Shown one piece after another: positions 61,600 to 64,000 of a DNA stretch of 64,000 bases; position 1 is the stretch's first letter, and each line of letters starts with the position of its first letter. The DNA is taken from positions 620,001 through 684,000 of the forward strand of contig NIVC01000283.1 in the NCBI GenBank assembly GCA_002269645.1, given 5' to 3'. Source of the DNA: Macrostomum lignano. Its lineage: Eukaryota. The position numbers were made by a program, and so were the translations under genes. A model generated the notes under the pieces. The model worked only from the letters and a program-made list of their open reading frames with translations, was not told the origin of the DNA and made no database searches.

Positions 61600-62350
61600 G
61601 TGACCTACTTTAATTAGGAGTGACCCACTACAGTTATGAGTGACCGAGGTCTACTTTTTGAGTGACATGCTTAGATTAGAAGTGACATAGTGTAATTAGG
61701 AGTGACATACTGTAAATAGGAGTGATCTACTATAACTAGGAGTGACATACTGTAATTAGGAGTGACCTACAGTAGTTAGAAGTGACCTACTGCAAATAAG
61801 AGTGACTTAGTGTAACTAGGAGTGACCTACTGTAATTAGGAGTGACCTACTGTAATTAGGAGGGACCTACTGTAATTAGGAGTGACCTACTGTAATAAGG
61901 AGTAACATACTAATTAGGAGTGACCTACTGTAATTAGGAGTGACCTATACTAATTAGGAGTGACCTACTGTAATTAGGAGTGACCTACTGTAATTAGGAG
62001 TGACCTATACTAATTAGGAGTGACCTACTGTAATTAGGAGTGACCTATACTAATTAGGAGTGACCTACTGTAATTAGGAGTGACCTACTGTAATTAGGAG
62101 TGACCTACTGTAATTAGGAGTGACCTACTGTAATTAGGAGTGACCTACTGTAATTAGGAGTGACCTACTGTAATTAGGAGTGACCTACTGTGATTAGGAG
62201 TGACCTACTGTAATTAGGAGTGACCTACTGTGATTAGGAGTGACCTACTGTAATTAGGAGTGACCTACTGTAATTAGGAGTGACCTACTGTAATTAGGAG
62301 TGACCTACTGTAATTAGGAGTGACCTACTGTAATTAGGAGTGACCTACTA
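61600..62350. repeat. 20-bp minisatellite (ctgtaattaggagtgaccta)n directly upstream of HTATSF1
   Basis: Direct inspection. Confidence 0.96.
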
Positions 62351-63624
62351 TAATCAGTGTGAAGCAATTATAACAATTTAAACAAAGCAAGCCAACATGC
62401 ATTTAAGCGGGTGCAAATAAAACATCTTATACAGTAATAACAGTAGTAAACAAGTGTATTTTAAGTTTTGTGCAATTCGAAGGAAAAACAGGAAACAATA
62501 AAATAATAGAAAAATACAACGACAATAATAACCAAAACGTAAAGTAAAAAATCTGCGAAATCTTTATTTAAAAAGGTGATCTGCTATTAAAAGCTGACAG
62601 TAATATCGCAGGCTAATACAGACACAGCTGTCATGGCTGTTTATAAGGTGATTTGACTCGAAAAATAAACGATGCCATTATCATACTGTTTGCCGGTATT
62701 AGAAATAAATTTTGATTGAACCATTTCTAAATAAAAAATACGCGTGATACGCTACTTAAAAATTCAGCAGTAGAGTATGACGCGCATGAACATTATTAAT
62801 TAACAATACAAGATCGGAAAACAAGCGTGAACTGAACTTATAATTAGCAAAATAAAAATGCAAAAAGCTTTGAAAATAAAATCGCAAAATTTTGATCATT
62901 GAAATGGCGCGAGTTTAAAATATCACATAGTTTAAGCTGAAGAAAACAAAGTTTTTGGTCGATATCACAGGGAGAGCCAGCTCGTTAAGGAACAGGGTGC
63001 GGTTCGGATATTTCCCGATGTCGATAATTGTACACAATGTACTTTTACCTTTCAAAATTAAAGCGCATTTTTACAGCACGTACAATATTACTCGTCTTTC
63101 AAAACATATCGGCTAAAAATTGCTAATTTTTTAAAAAATAAAACAATGCTGGAGTGAACGGGAATTCGCATAGAATCAACATCGAAAATGCTTTTAATTT
63201 TATTAATAAGCGCGTATTCTACTACTCATTACTAAACATTAGTAGTTGAGTTAGTTGAAGCATGAAAAAAACTGCAAGGAAAATTAATGATCAAATTGAA
63301 GCTGATAGCCAAAATTAATTAATTAAACATACAACCCATGCAATTAATTAGCAAAAGCAGCCAGTTTGCTGAGCTGAGCGTGAGGAATCACAAATTATGA
63401 GTAAGCAATATCAAGTCGGGGAAATTATGGAAGCTATTGATATCAGGTCTCACACATCATATTATTATTAGTGTCCGTCCAGTTCCCGTCCTTTCCGAGC
63501 CCAGCATAAATCAAATTGTAAACATTATTCTGTGGCTACTGTAGAAAATCGTGTGAGGAAGGGGAATAGTAGAAAGCTAGCAAAGCGCGATTTTGGGGAC
63601 CGATCGGGGATAGCCTTCATATAG

Positions 63625-64000
63625 ATAGGCCTTCAAAACCAATGGGTCAATAAGACTGACAGGCCTTCAAAACCAATGGGTCAATAAGACTGTCAGGCCT
63701 TCAAAACCAATGGGTCAATAAGACTGTCAGGCCTTCAAAATCAAAGGGTCAATAAGACTGTTAGGCCTTCAAAACCAATGGGTCAATAAAACTGACAGGC
63801 CTTCAAAACCAATCGGTCAATAAGACTGTCAGGCCTTCAACACCAATGGGTCAATAAGACTGTTAGGCCTTCAAAACCAATGGGTCAATAAGACTGTCAG
63901 GCCTTCAAAACCAAGGGGGTCAATAAGACTGACAGGCCTTCAAAACCAATGGGTCAATAAGACTGTCAGGCCTTCAAAACCAAGGGGGTCAATAAGACTG
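63625..64000. repeat. 34-bp minisatellite (ggccttcaaaaccaatgggtcaataagactgtca)n, runs off the window
   Basis: Period 34 (63661 to 63695). Confidence 0.95.

Overview
This is repeat-rich animal (invertebrate) genomic DNA, not prokaryotic. GC-rich poly-Q/poly-A exons and minisatellite-filled introns resemble the flatworm Macrostomum, but that is an unverified impression. Bases 1-5971 are the right part of a decayed Polinton/Maverick (adintovirus-like) endogenous viral element. It carries pPolB, an adenain protease, a hydrophobic 'GasderminX'-like gene, a penton, two orphan ORFs and an intact tandem-RING gene, and ends in the ACTACT terminus. Next is an intron-containing hAT-like transposase pseudogene (~7000-13653) interrupted by a nearly intact 3821-bp hAT element with 16-bp TIRs and an 8-bp TSD. 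Bases 14.8-32.5 kb are a mosaic of satellite-carrying Helitron-like modules in inverted and tandem duplications, plus Merlin, CMC-type, RTE and possible Mutator relics. Three minus-strand host genes can be reconstructed with in-frame GT-AG junctions: an orphan class A GPCR, a vestigial-like (TONDU) gene and HTATSF1. About 20 minisatellite arrays fill the introns and intergenic space. Several carry CAG|GT splice-site motifs, and the GPCR intron is largely built from copies of its own 5' splice junction. I found no rRNA, intact tRNA or CRISPR array. All assignments are by eye from motifs; no searches were run.
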